A DNA stretch of 64,000 nucleotides, taken from positions 22,358 through 86,357 of the forward strand of contig CAKSFK010000001.1 of assembly GCA_934454655.1 (NCBI GenBank), written 5' to 3'. Position 1 is the first letter of the stretch. Each line of letters starts with the position of its first letter. Below, piece after piece: positions 34,002 to 43,370 of this stretch. The notes beneath the pieces were generated by a model that worked only from the letters and a program-made list of their open reading frames with translations, was not told the DNA's origin and did no database searches. A program made the translations under genes and the position numbers. Source of the DNA: an uncultured Eubacteriales bacterium. GTDB taxonomy: Bacteria; Bacillota; Clostridia; Oscillospirales; Acutalibacteraceae.

Positions 34002-35332
34002 TTTTTACTCCCCCTTCTCAAAACCGTTTTCGCAAGCCGCATAGAAGCGCACAGCGGGCGCTTTGCGGGACATACGTAGGAACAACTGCCGCACTCCATG
34101 CAGGCGTTTACGTTAAGCGAACCGAGATTTTCGTTAAGTCCTCTCTCAAGCGCCGCCTCCACGCTTGCGGGGTAAAGCCGCATAGGACAGGCACGGGCGC
34201 ATCTGCCGCATTTAATGCAGGGTGTGGTTTCGGGCGCGGCGGTTTTTTCGCTCATAACGGTTACGGCGTTGTTGCGCTTTTCTATAACCGCGTTCTTATC
34301 GCACACGTCTACCCCCATCATAGGCCCGCCCATTATTATCTCCGCAGCGTCCTCATAAACTCCGCCCGCAAATTCCAGCACATCCTTTATGGGTGTGCCG
34401 ATAGGCACTTTAATGTTTTTGGGCTGTTTTACGGCGGTGCCGTCCACCGTTATACGTTTTTCAACAAGCGGCATACCGGTTTTTATAAAGCGGTAAAGAG
34501 TCGCAACGCTTGTTATGTTCATTACAATACACCCGACAGCACTCGGCAGCTTGCCGACGGGCACCTTTCTGCCCGTTGCGGAATATATTATAACCTTTTC
34601 CGCTCCCTGCGGATAGCTTGTGGGCAGTTTCATAAGCTTAACGGTGTCGTCCGTATCGCGCTTGTCGGACGCTATGGTGTAAAGCTTGCTTATAGCCTTT
34701 TCCTTGTTGCTTTCAATACAGATAATAACCTTTTTAATGCCGAGTTTGTCCTTTAAAAGGTATATTCCCTCAATAACGTCCTCATAATTTTCCATACACT
34801 CGCGGTAGTCGCTTGTAATGTAAGGCTCGCACTCCGCACCGTTTATTATGAGCGTGTCGATGGGGCAATCGTCGTTAACTGTAAGCTTTATTTTGGTGGG
34901 AAAACCCGCACCGCCGAGCCCCACAAGACCGCAGGCGTCCGCCGCGGCGGCAACATCCGCCGCGTTTTCCACGGGAAACGGCTTTAAATTCGGGTCTTTT
35001 TCGCTTTTTCCGTCCGATTCTATAACAACGTATATAATTTCCCTGCCACCGAAAGCCGCGCTTTCAACAGCCTTTACCGTGCCCGACACGCTCGAATGTA
35101 CCGGCGCGCTGACAGGTCCGCCCGACCTGCCTATAAGCGTACCGACAAACACCCTGTCCCCCGCATTGACGACTGGCTCTGCCGGAGCGCCTATGTGCTG
35201 AAGCATAGGTATACGCACCTCATCCGGCGGCGGCATTATAACGGTTTCGCTGTCTGCCGTGCCCTTAAGGTGGGGCAAAAGCACGCCGCCGCGGATACGT
35301 TTTACCGGACGCAGAATTTTTTCCTTTGCCAT
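33998..35332 (-). CDS. rnfC: Rnf complex subunit C
   Basis: It has GLVGLGGAGFPT and a SLBB/NADH-binding-like core. Two C-terminal clusters are present: CIKCGRCARACP and CMECGSCSYVCP. Confidence 0.9.
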   Translation of the reverse strand: MAKEKILRPVKRIRGGVLLPHLKGTADSETVIMPPPDEVRIPMLQHIGAPAEPVVNAGDRVFVGTLIGRSGGPVSAPVHSSVSGTVKAVESAAFGGREIIYVVIESDGKSEKDPNLKPFPVENAADVAAAADACGLVGLGGAGFPTKIKLTVNDDCPIDTLIINGAECEPYITSDYRECMENYEDVIEGIYLLKDKLGIKKVIICIESNKEKAISKLYTIASDKRDTDDTVKLMKLPTSYPQGAEKVIIYSATGRKVPVGKLPSAVGCIVMNITSVATLYRFIKTGMPLVEKRITVDGTAVKQPKNIKVPIGTPIKDVLEFAGGVYEDAAEIIMGGPMMGVDVCDKNAVIEKRNNAVTVMSEKTAAPETTPCIKCGRCARACPMRLYPASVEAALERGLNENLGSLNVNACMECGSCSYVCPAKRPLCASMRLAKTVLRRGSKK

Positions 35333-35355
35333 AAGAAAACTCCTTTTCTTAAAAT

Positions 35356-36687
35356 TTAAATATAGTTATATTTTTTGCGCTTCGCGATTATGAATACAAG
35401 CGATACCGCAAAGGCAGATATTTCAGCAGTGGTTTTTGAAAGCCAAATGCCGTCAATATCGAACAACAGCGGGAAAAACAGCACCGACGCAGTTTGGAAA
35501 AGCAGGGTACGCAAAAAGGATATTGCGGCGGAAACGCCGCCGTCGTTAAGCGCAGTAAAAAAGGATGAGGCGAAAATGTTGAAACCGCACAGCAAAAACG
35601 AAAACGAAAACAGTTTGAAGGCGTGGTTTGTAAGCTCAAACAAGTCCTTATCATACCCGACGAATATACGGCTTAACGGAGCGGACAGCACAAGCGCCGC
35701 CGCAAACAGCAAAACGCCTGAGCCGCCCATTAAAACCGTGCTTTTTTTAAGCAGATTTTTAAGTTCCGGGTGGTTTCGCGCACCGTAATGAAAGCTTATA
35801 ACGGGTGCGCTTCCTATTGCGTAGCCGATATAGATGGCAATAAAGATAAACTGAACGTACATAAGCACGCCGTAGGCGGAAATACCGTCCTCCCCGATGT
35901 ATTTAAGCAGTTGAAAATTGTATATCATACTTACAACGGACGAGGAAATATTGCTCATAAGCTCCGAAGAGCCGTTGGCGCACGCCTTTAATATGGGGCG
36001 AAGCTCAAGCCGCGTGTTTTCAAGCTTTAAAAGGCTGCTGTTCTTTCTTAAGAAGTAGAACAGAGGCAGAACACCGCCCACACACTGGCTTATGCCCGTT
36101 GCGAGCGCCGCTCCCGCAACTCCCCAGCGGAAAACGGCTATAAACAGCGCGTCCAGCACCATATTCGTAAAGCCTGCCGCAACGGTTGTCAAGAGTCCCA
36201 AACGGGGTTTCTCCGCCGCGATAAAAAAGCTTTGAAACAGGTTTTGCAGCATAAACGCGGTCGTGAAGGCTATAACAATCCTGCCGTACAGCACGCAGTC
36301 ATCCATCATTTCCTCGGTGGCGCCGAGGAACTCCGAAACGGGACGCATAAACACAATGCCTATTAAGGTAAGAACCGCCGCCATTATAACGGTGACCCAC
36401 ACCATCATTGAAAAATAACGGTTTGCGCGGTCGTGTTCACCTTCCCCCAGAGCTACCGACACAAGCGCCGTTCCGCCCGTGCCTATCATAAATCCCATTC
36501 CGCCCAGCACCATTATAAAGGGCATTACAAGATTTATTGCGGCAAACGCGGTCTTGCCCACGTAGTTTGAAACAAAAAAGCCGTCCACCACTCCGTAAAT
36601 TGACGTGAAAACCATCATTATAACGGACGGCAGCACGAACCGCAGAAGTTTTTTATATGTAAAATGATCCGATAGTTTAATATTCAT
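35356..36687 (-). CDS. MATE-family efflux transporter
   Basis: It is 443 aa with 12 predicted TM segments. The N-terminal LLRFVLPSVIMMVFTSIYGVVDGFFVSNYVG is typical of MatE. Confidence 0.85.
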   Translation of the reverse strand: MNIKLSDHFTYKKLLRFVLPSVIMMVFTSIYGVVDGFFVSNYVGKTAFAAINLVMPFIMVLGGMGFMIGTGGTALVSVALGEGEHDRANRYFSMMVWVTVIMAAVLTLIGIVFMRPVSEFLGATEEMMDDCVLYGRIVIAFTTAFMLQNLFQSFFIAAEKPRLGLLTTVAAGFTNMVLDALFIAVFRWGVAGAALATGISQCVGGVLPLFYFLRKNSSLLKLENTRLELRPILKACANGSSELMSNISSSVVSMIYNFQLLKYIGEDGISAYGVLMYVQFIFIAIYIGYAIGSAPVISFHYGARNHPELKNLLKKSTVLMGGSGVLLFAAALVLSAPLSRIFVGYDKDLFELTNHAFKLFSFSFLLCGFNIFASSFFTALNDGGVSAAISFLRTLLFQTASVLFFPLLFDIDGIWLSKTTAEISAFAVSLVFIIAKRKKYNYI

Positions 36688-36725
36688 AGTAGTACTAAGG
36701 GGCGGTTTTCGCCGCCCTTTTTCCT

Positions 36726-38204
36726 TTACTGTTGTTTTTGTGACCTATCCGCCTCGAACCAAAATGAAACGCCGTTTTCGGTGTTGTAAACACCGCAGGA
36801 GTGTCCGTCCAACTTCATTAAGGCGGATACTATTGAAAGACCCAGCCCGAAACGGCTGCTTTCCCGCTTGTGGGATTTATCCCCGCGGAAAAAGCTTTGC
36901 CATATCTGCGGCATAATGTCCTCATCTATGTGACTGCCCGTGTTGAACACGGAAATTCTGGCGTTTTCGCCGTTTTCGGAGTATTCGCACCGAACCGTCC
37001 CGCCCTTCGGCGTGTGCGCCGCGGCATTTTCAAGATACGCCTTAAGCACCTGCTCGGTGTGCATACGGTCGGCATATATCGCGGTTCCCGCCGCAATTCC
37101 GTTTTCGGTTTTAATATCCTTGCCCGAAAACATCCTTGAGAGCATCTCGCCGCACATTTCGCTTATGTCAAGTGTTTCGCGGTTCACGGGTATCTGCCCC
37201 GATTCATAGCGCGAAAGCTCCAGTATGCTTAAAACAAGCCGATTCATTCTGCGGCTTTCGTCAATAATGGTATTGCAGTATTCCTCGCGCGCGTCGGCGT
37301 TAACGTTAAGCTTAAGCCCCTCGGCATAGCCGCTTATTATTGATATCGGAGTTTTAAGTTCGTGCGATACGTTGGCAACAAAGCCGCGGCGCATAACGTC
37401 AAGCTGTCTTTCAAGTTCAATATCGTCCCGCAGTTTTGCGTTTGTCGCCTTTAAATCGGTAAGCGCCGTGTTAAGCGCGGCGGAAAGCTCGTTTACGGAG
37501 TCTGCCAGCTGACCTATTTCGTCACTGCGGTCAACCTTTATTCTGCGCTCAAAGCGAAGTTCCGCCATATCCTTTGTAATATCGTTCATTTCGGTAATAG
37601 GCTTTGAAAGGCGCTTTGAGAAAATAAGCACCCATATTACCGAAATAACCAGACATACAACCGAGATTACGGTTATAAGCTCGTTGGCAACGGCGGCTGA
37701 GTTTGAGATAAGCTGTTTCTGTATTCTGACCTCGGCATTAACGTTATCCGATATTTTCTTTGTGCATAAAAGAAACTCGGTGTTGTCAAAATGCCTTACC
37801 GCCGTGCTGAAGGTTATTCCGTCGGACAGTTGTTCGATCTTTATCGGGCGCAGCTCCTCGTGCGCCATAACAAATTTGTCGCTTTTAAGCGAAAAATAGT
37901 CCATCATCTGACTGCCGTGGGTGGTATAAAGTATTCTGCCCGAATCGCTGTAAAGCTCTACGTCAAAATTATATTTTTCATTTATTTCCGTAAGGGCGGA
38001 AATAACCGTCTTTGAATCGTCAAGACTCAGCGCAGATACCGCCTGTATCTGCTCTTTAAGGGCAATTTTTTCCTTGTCGCAGTAAAAGCGCACCAAAAAC
38101 GCCGCGTTTGAAAGGCACAAAACCAGAACAAACACCGCAAACACCGCCGTAAGTCGTATGAAAACGTTAAACCAAAGCTTTGTTTTAAGCGTTTTAAAGC
38201 TCAA
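36726..38204 (-). CDS. Sensor histidine kinase (two TM segments, HAMP, HisKA, HATPase_c)
   Basis: It has the H-box FVANVSHELKTP, an N-box and a G-box (GLGLSIV). The likely start is the TTG that overlaps the response-regulator stop; the track ORF extends to 38255 inside the upstream gene. Confidence 0.85.
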   Translation of the reverse strand: MSFKTLKTKLWFNVFIRLTAVFAVFVLVLCLSNAAFLVRFYCDKEKIALKEQIQAVSALSLDDSKTVISALTEINEKYNFDVELYSDSGRILYTTHGSQMMDYFSLKSDKFVMAHEELRPIKIEQLSDGITFSTAVRHFDNTEFLLCTKKISDNVNAEVRIQKQLISNSAAVANELITVISVVCLVISVIWVLIFSKRLSKPITEMNDITKDMAELRFERRIKVDRSDEIGQLADSVNELSAALNTALTDLKATNAKLRDDIELERQLDVMRRGFVANVSHELKTPISIISGYAEGLKLNVNADAREEYCNTIIDESRRMNRLVLSILELSRYESGQIPVNRETLDISEMCGEMLSRMFSGKDIKTENGIAAGTAIYADRMHTEQVLKAYLENAAAHTPKGGTVRCEYSENGENARISVFNTGSHIDEDIMPQIWQSFFRGDKSHKRESSRFGLGLSIVSALMKLDGHSCGVYNTENGVSFWFEADRSQKQQ

Positions 38205-38871
38205 ACTTATACCCCATTCCGTAAATCGTCTTAAGGTGGGAGGTGCCGTAATCACCCAGCTTTGTGCGAAGCCTTGCTATGTGCGAATCGACCGTTCTTG
38301 TATCGCCGATATAGTCGTACCCCCAAATGGCGTTTAAAAGCTGGTCGCGCGTGAGCACTCTTCCGGCGTTTTCGCGAAGGTAGCTTAAAAGCTCAAATTC
38401 CTTAAGGGTAAGTTCAAGCGGTTCGCCGTCAATATATGCCGTAAAGGCATTTTCGTCAATAACAAGTCCCTGTTTTATTTCGGCTGCCGAAAGCGGCTTG
38501 CCCGAGCTGCGCTTAAGCAGTGCGTCAATGCGCTTTACAAGCACCGCGGGGGAAAAAGGCTTTGTGACGTATTCGTCTATCCCCGCCTCAAAACCGGTAA
38601 GCAGGTCAAACTCCTCCGCCCTTGCGGAAAGCATTATAACGGGAACGTCGCTCTGTTTTCTCAGTTCCCTTGTAACCGCCCAGCCGTCAAGCCCCGGCAT
38701 CATAATATCTATAACGGCAAGCGCCGTGTCGGGGTTGCTTTTAAATTTCTCCAGCGCCTGTGTGCCGTCGTACGCCGCAACCGTTTCATACCCGGAGGCG
38801 TTAAGAAAATCCGAAACCAGCTTTACAATGCGTTCCTCATCGTCCGCAACCAGTATCTTTCTCTTTTCCAT
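38194..38871 (-). CDS. OmpR-family response regulator
   Basis: It has a receiver domain (ILVADDE...DIMMPGLDG...KPF) and a winged-helix output domain (LT.KEFELL.YL..N.GRVL.R..LL..IWG). Confidence 0.9.
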   Translation of the reverse strand: MEKRKILVADDEERIVKLVSDFLNASGYETVAAYDGTQALEKFKSNPDTALAVIDIMMPGLDGWAVTRELRKQSDVPVIMLSARAEEFDLLTGFEAGIDEYVTKPFSPAVLVKRIDALLKRSSGKPLSAAEIKQGLVIDENAFTAYIDGEPLELTLKEFELLSYLRENAGRVLTRDQLLNAIWGYDYIGDTRTVDSHIARLRTKLGDYGTSHLKTIYGMGYKFEL

Positions 38872-38875
38872 TTTT

Positions 38876-39634
38876 TCACGCTCCGCACATTTTCATAACA
38901 AGGCCGTGCGGCAGTATTTTTGCCAAAACCCTGTAAAATTTGTAGAACAGCAAATTTGTGTAAACTCCCTTTTTCTTTGCCGACGCTTTAAGCGCTTTTC
39001 TTGCCATAACAGAGGGCTTTACGCGCGGCAGGGTATCAAAGGTACGGCTGGCGCCGGGATCTATGCCCGCGGCGGGTAAAAATTCGGTGTCCATAGGTCC
39101 GGGGCAGGCGGCAAGCACGTTTATTCCGCGCGGCCTAAGCTCCGAACGCAGCGCCTTTGAAAGGCTTAAAACATAAGCCTTTGTCGAGCAGTATACCGCC
39201 ATTCTGGTATTAGGCGCAAACGCCGCGATAGAGCAGGTGTTAATAATTTCGCTCCCGCTTTTCATAAAGGGAAGCGTAAGCGACGTAATAACGGTAAGCG
39301 CCTCGCAGTTAAGCCGCACCATACCGCCGTTATCCGCGGTGTCAAGCCCGTCAAAATTCCCAAGTTTGCCGTAGCCCGCGTTGTTTATAAGCAGTGCAAC
39401 CTCGGCATTTTCCGCCTTAAGCCTTGCCGCGTATTCGTCGGTACATTCCCGCTTAGTAATATCAAGCGGTAGTATACGCACGGTTTTTTTCATCTTTTCA
39501 GCGGTTTCCTTAAGCTTTTCTTCTCTTCTTGCGATAAGCCATATCTCATCAATATCACGGCGGCAGTCAGCCGCGGCAAAGGCAAATTCCCTGCCCAGCC
39601 CCGACGAAGCGCCCGTTATAACGGCAATTTTCAT
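38876..39634 (-). CDS. SDR-family short-chain dehydrogenase/reductase
   Basis: It has TGASSGLG, NNAG and the catalytic YCSTKAY. The start is set at MKIAVITG; the track ORF extends to 39694. Confidence 0.85.
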   Translation of the reverse strand: MKIAVITGASSGLGREFAFAAADCRRDIDEIWLIARREEKLKETAEKMKKTVRILPLDITKRECTDEYAARLKAENAEVALLINNAGYGKLGNFDGLDTADNGGMVRLNCEALTVITSLTLPFMKSGSEIINTCSIAAFAPNTRMAVYCSTKAYVLSLSKALRSELRPRGINVLAACPGPMDTEFLPAAGIDPGASRTFDTLPRVKPSVMARKALKASAKKKGVYTNLLFYKFYRVLAKILPHGLVMKMCGA

Positions 39635-39805
39635 ATTCTCACGCCCCACTTTTATACTCCCTCTAATTTTACCACTTATATGCTTTTTTTGCAAGGAAAT
39701 ATTATTAAAGCATATAATACTGCCGTAACACTTGAAGATTTTTCCTTTGTGTAGTATAATAAAACGGTAAACTTATATTGCCGTGGGAAGTGACAGTACT
39801 TGAGT

Positions 39806-40729
39806 ATGAACATTCTGCATTTGAAATACGCCGTGGAAATAGCCGACACAAAATCGATAAGCCGCGCGGCGGAGAACCTTTATATGGGACAGCCCAACCT
39901 CTCCCGCGCAATACGCGAGCTTGAGGACAACCTCGGCATAACCATTTTCAACCGTACCACAAAGGGCATAACGATTACGCCCGAGGGCGAGGAATTTTTG
40001 CAGTATGCCAAAAGAATAATAAATCAGGTGGACGAGGTTGAGGACATTTACAAGAAACGCAAAATGCCCAAACAGCGTTTTTCCGCCTGCGTGCCGAGGG
40101 CAAGCTATATTTCCTACGCCTTTTCGGAATTTGCGAAAAACATTAAAACCGATATTCCCGCAGATATTTTTTACAAGGAAACAAATTCCTGGCGCACCGT
40201 TAACAACGTTGTTAAGGGCGAATATAATTTGGGCATTGTGCGTTTTCAGAACACGTTTGAAAAATATTACAGGGCAATGTTTGAGGAAAAGCACCTCTCT
40301 GCCGAGCTTGTAACCGATTTTAAATACCGCTTGCTTATGTCGGCAGAGCACCCTCTGGCAAAAGCCGAAACAATAAAATGCAGGGACTTAAGCCCTTATA
40401 TCGAGATAACCCACGCCGACCCGTATGTGCCGTCGCTTCCGCTGGTTGACGTTAAAAAAGAGGAACTTTCGCGCTATGTTGACAAGCACGTTTATATTTT
40501 TGAGCGCGGCAGTCAGTTCAGACTGCTTGAAAGCGTGCCGACAATGTTTATGTGGGTATCCCCCATACCCGAGGATCTTTACGGCAAGTACGGTCTTGTG
40601 GAGCGCGAGTGCGCGGACAACGAAAAGGTTTACAGGGACGTGCTTATTTACCGAAACGGCTACCGTTTAACCGAGCTTGACCGTATGTTCATTACCGCTG
40701 TGTGCGACGCAAAGAGAAAATATCTTTAA
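39806..40729 (+). CDS. LysR-family transcriptional regulator
   Basis: It has the N-terminal HTH MNILHLKYAVEIADTKSISRAAENLYMGQPNLSRAIRELE. It is divergent from the SDR gene. Confidence 0.85.
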   Translation: MNILHLKYAVEIADTKSISRAAENLYMGQPNLSRAIRELEDNLGITIFNRTTKGITITPEGEEFLQYAKRIINQVDEVEDIYKKRKMPKQRFSACVPRASYISYAFSEFAKNIKTDIPADIFYKETNSWRTVNNVVKGEYNLGIVRFQNTFEKYYRAMFEEKHLSAELVTDFKYRLLMSAEHPLAKAETIKCRDLSPYIEITHADPYVPSLPLVDVKKEELSRYVDKHVYIFERGSQFRLLESVPTMFMWVSPIPEDLYGKYGLVERECADNEKVYRDVLIYRNGYRLTELDRMFITAVCDAKRKYL

Positions 40730-40735
40730 AAAATG

Positions 40736-41031
40736 CTTGACAATTTGATTTGCGGGCGGTACTATATTAATAAAGAATACAAAGCGTTGAGAAGGACAGT
40801 AGCTTTCGCGCCCGGTTTAAAAGAGAGCGCGCGCCGTCGGCTGAAAGCCGCGCATACCCTGTGAAAGCAAACACCGCCTTTGAGCGCCGTGGGTTGCAAC
40901 ACGGACGTTTTGCCTGCGTTAAGGGCAGTATAAAGTGCCGTTTTAAAAAACGGAATGCGGGTGGAACCGCGGAGTATTGTTTAATGTGCTTCGTCCCTTG
41001 TTTTAAGGGACGAAGCTTATTTTTTTCGGAG
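40736..41031 (+). promoter_or_regulatory. Promoter plus T-box riboswitch leader (Thr specifier) of thrS
   Basis: The promoter is TTGACA (40736-40741), 17 nt, TACTAT. An AGAGAG box is present in stem I. The candidate specifier is ACC followed by G (40873-40875). The T-box sequence is AATGCGGGTGGAACCGCGG (40954-40972). The terminator is GCTTCGTCCCTT..AAGGGACGAAGC plus a T-run (40988-41026). Confidence 0.8.
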
Positions 41032-41040
41032 GTAGTTTTT

Positions 41041-42987
41041 ATGATCAAGATAACATTAAAGGACGGCTCGGTTAAAGAATTTAACGCCGGAATTACGGCT
41101 TACGAAGCCGCAAAGGAAATAAGTATGGGTCTTGCGCGCAGCGCCTGCGCCGCGAAAATAAACGGCAAAAACGCCGACCTTCGCGACGCGCTTACCGGCG
41201 ACTGCACACTTGAAATTTTAACCTTTGAGGACGATTACGGCAAGTGGGTATTCCGCCACACCGCCTCGCACATTATGGCTCAGGCGGTTAAAAGGCTGTT
41301 CCCCGACGCCAAGCTTGCGATAGGTCCCGCCGTTGACGACGGATTCTACTATGATTTTGATGTGGAAACCAAATTCACTCCGGATGATCTGCTTAAAATC
41401 GAGACGGAGATGAAGAAGATCGTTAAAGAGGACATAAAGCTTGAGCGCAGCTACAAGAGCAGAAACGAGGCTGTGGAATATTTTAAGGAGAAGAACGAGC
41501 CTTACAAGGTTGAGCTTGCCGAGGATATTCCCGAGGGCGAGGACATAAGCTTTTATTCACAGGGCGAATTTACCGACCTGTGCGCCGGGGCGCACCTGAT
41601 GAGCACAGGGGCGGTTAAAGCGTTTAAGCTCACCTCCGCCACGGGCGCTTACTGGCGCGGCGATTCCTCAAAGAAAATGCTTTGCCGCGTTTACGGCACG
41701 GCTTTCCCGAAGACGAGCGAACTTGAGGCTCACCTTAATATGCTTGAAGATGCGAAAAAGCGCGACCACAATAAGCTTGGGCGCGAACTTGAACTGTTCA
41801 CCACGGTTGATATTATCGGTCAGGGTCTGCCGATAATGCTTCCCAAAGGCGCTAAAATCATTCAGATATTACAGCGCTTTGTTGAGGACGAAGAGGCGCG
41901 CCGCGGCTGGCAGCTTACCAAAACACCCTATATGGCAAAGCGCGAGCTTTACAAGCTTTCGGGACACTGGGATCACTACCTTGACGGTATGTTTGTTCTC
42001 GGCGACCCGGACGACGAAACAAAGGAATGTTTCGCGCTTCGTCCTATGACCTGCCCGTTCCAGTATCAGGCATATTTAAACCGCGCGCGTTCCTACCGCG
42101 ACCTGCCGCTGCGTTACAATGAAACCTCAACCCTTTTCCGCAACGAGGACAGCGGCGAGATGCACGGCCTTATAAGGGTTCGCCAGTTCACAATATCCGA
42201 AGGACACTTGATGTGCACGCCCGACCAGCTTGAGCAGGAGTTCCGCGGCTGTTTGGAGCTTGCCATTTATATGCTTAGGACCTTGGGACTTTATGAGGAC
42301 GTTTCATACCGTTTCTCACAGTGGGACCCCGATGACCGCGATAAATATATAGGCACTCCCGAGCAGTGGGACGAGGCTCAGGGTGTTATGAAAAAGATTC
42401 TTGACCACCTTGAGATACCCTACAAGATAGGAATAGGCGAGGCGGCGTTCTACGGACCTAAGCTTGATATTCAGATAAGGAACGTTTACGGCAAGGAAGA
42501 CACGCTTATCACCATTCAGATAGACCAGATGCTTGCCGAAAAGTTCGGTATGGAATATGTTGACCGCGACGGCGTGAAGAAAAACCCCTACATTATCCAC
42601 CGCACCTCAATAGGCTGTTACGAAAGAACGCTTGCGCTGCTTATTGAAAAGTACGCCGGAGCGTTCCCGCTGTGGCTGGCGCCCGTTCAGGTTAAAATTC
42701 TTCCCATTGCCGACCGTCACTTTGATTATGCTTATGATATTAAAAAACAGCTTGAAGAAAAGGGCTTCCGTGTGGAACTTGACGACCGCAACGAAAAGAT
42801 AGGCTATAAGATTCGCGAGGCAAGACTGCAAAAACTGCCTTATATGCTTATAATCGGCGATAACGAGGTGCAGAACGGCACGCTTTCGGTAAGAGAGCGC
42901 GGCGAGAACGGCGACCTCGGCGAAATGAGCGTTGCCGACTTCACCGCACGCATTGAAGAGGAAAACAAAAACAAGGTTATAAAATAA
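41041..42987 (+). CDS. thrS: Threonine--tRNA ligase
   Basis: It begins MIKITLKDGS (TGS domain) and contains the editing domain, class II core motifs and an anticodon-binding domain. The track ORF (from 40861) runs through the T-box leader; the true start is the ATG after the GGAGG SD. Confidence 0.95.
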   Translation: MIKITLKDGSVKEFNAGITAYEAAKEISMGLARSACAAKINGKNADLRDALTGDCTLEILTFEDDYGKWVFRHTASHIMAQAVKRLFPDAKLAIGPAVDDGFYYDFDVETKFTPDDLLKIETEMKKIVKEDIKLERSYKSRNEAVEYFKEKNEPYKVELAEDIPEGEDISFYSQGEFTDLCAGAHLMSTGAVKAFKLTSATGAYWRGDSSKKMLCRVYGTAFPKTSELEAHLNMLEDAKKRDHNKLGRELELFTTVDIIGQGLPIMLPKGAKIIQILQRFVEDEEARRGWQLTKTPYMAKRELYKLSGHWDHYLDGMFVLGDPDDETKECFALRPMTCPFQYQAYLNRARSYRDLPLRYNETSTLFRNEDSGEMHGLIRVRQFTISEGHLMCTPDQLEQEFRGCLELAIYMLRTLGLYEDVSYRFSQWDPDDRDKYIGTPEQWDEAQGVMKKILDHLEIPYKIGIGEAAFYGPKLDIQIRNVYGKEDTLITIQIDQMLAEKFGMEYVDRDGVKKNPYIIHRTSIGCYERTLALLIEKYAGAFPLWLAPVQVKILPIADRHFDYAYDIKKQLEEKGFRVELDDRNEKIGYKIREARLQKLPYMLIIGDNEVQNGTLSVRERGENGDLGEMSVADFTARIEEENKNKVIK

Positions 42988-43042
42988 TCGGGCGCGCAAT
43001 TTTGCGGCATATTTAAGCGGGGCTGAAAAGTCCCCGCCTTGG

Positions 43043-43089
43043 GCTCCCCTTGTCAGGGGAGCTGTCACCGCAGGTGACTGAGGGGTAGT
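43043..43089. repeat. 47 nt double-hairpin repeat, copy 1
   Basis: GCTCCCCTTGTCAGGGGAGCTGTCACCGCAGGTGACTGAGGGGTAGT is identical to 60644-60690. It contains two stem-loops, GCTCCCCT/AGGGGAGC and GTCACC/GGTGAC. Confidence 0.85.
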
Positions 43090-43118
43090 AGGAAAGATTT
43101 TAATAAAGCATTTTCTAC

Positions 43119-43281
43119 CTTAGGCAAACGAGAATAATCCGAACCCATTTTTTGAGTGCGGATTTCTCGCATTGCCGCGTTAAAATACTCGTTAATCCTT
43201 TCGCCTTATAAAGACGACAAGTGAAAATACGCCGAAAATACGCCGTTTTGGGCGGGTTCTGATTATTCTCGCTTGCCTAGG
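43119..43281 (-). mobile_element. MITE, internally deleted copy (about 163 bp), with imperfect terminal inverted repeats
   Basis: The ends are CTTAGGCAAACGAGAATAATCCGAACCC and GGGTTCTGATTATTCTCGCTTGCCTAG. The interior is the reverse complement of the 44561-44839 copy, minus a central block of roughly 115 bp. It has no ORF. Confidence 0.7.
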
Positions 43282-43370
43282 CAAGCCGTGCCGCCGACAG
43301 CACCTTTTCCCGCACCGCGGGGAGCAACTCCGTCGGATAGAAATTTAAAGAGTCTTTCAACATACACAGT

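Noticed and set aside
38205-38255. N-terminal 17 codons of the histidine kinase ORF, which overlap the response-regulator gene by 62 nt.
   Set aside because: A TTG start at 38204-38202, overlapping the regulator stop by 11 nt, gives the usual coupled arrangement. The upstream codons (MITAPPTLRRFTEWGIS) precede the first TM segment and look like read-through of the regulator's 3' end.
40861-41040. A 60-codon N-terminal extension of thrS in the ORF track (708 aa).
   Set aside because: The extension runs through the T-box leader, including the T-box sequence and terminator hairpin. The conserved ThrRS N-terminus MIKITLKDGS starts at 41041, directly after a GGAGG SD.
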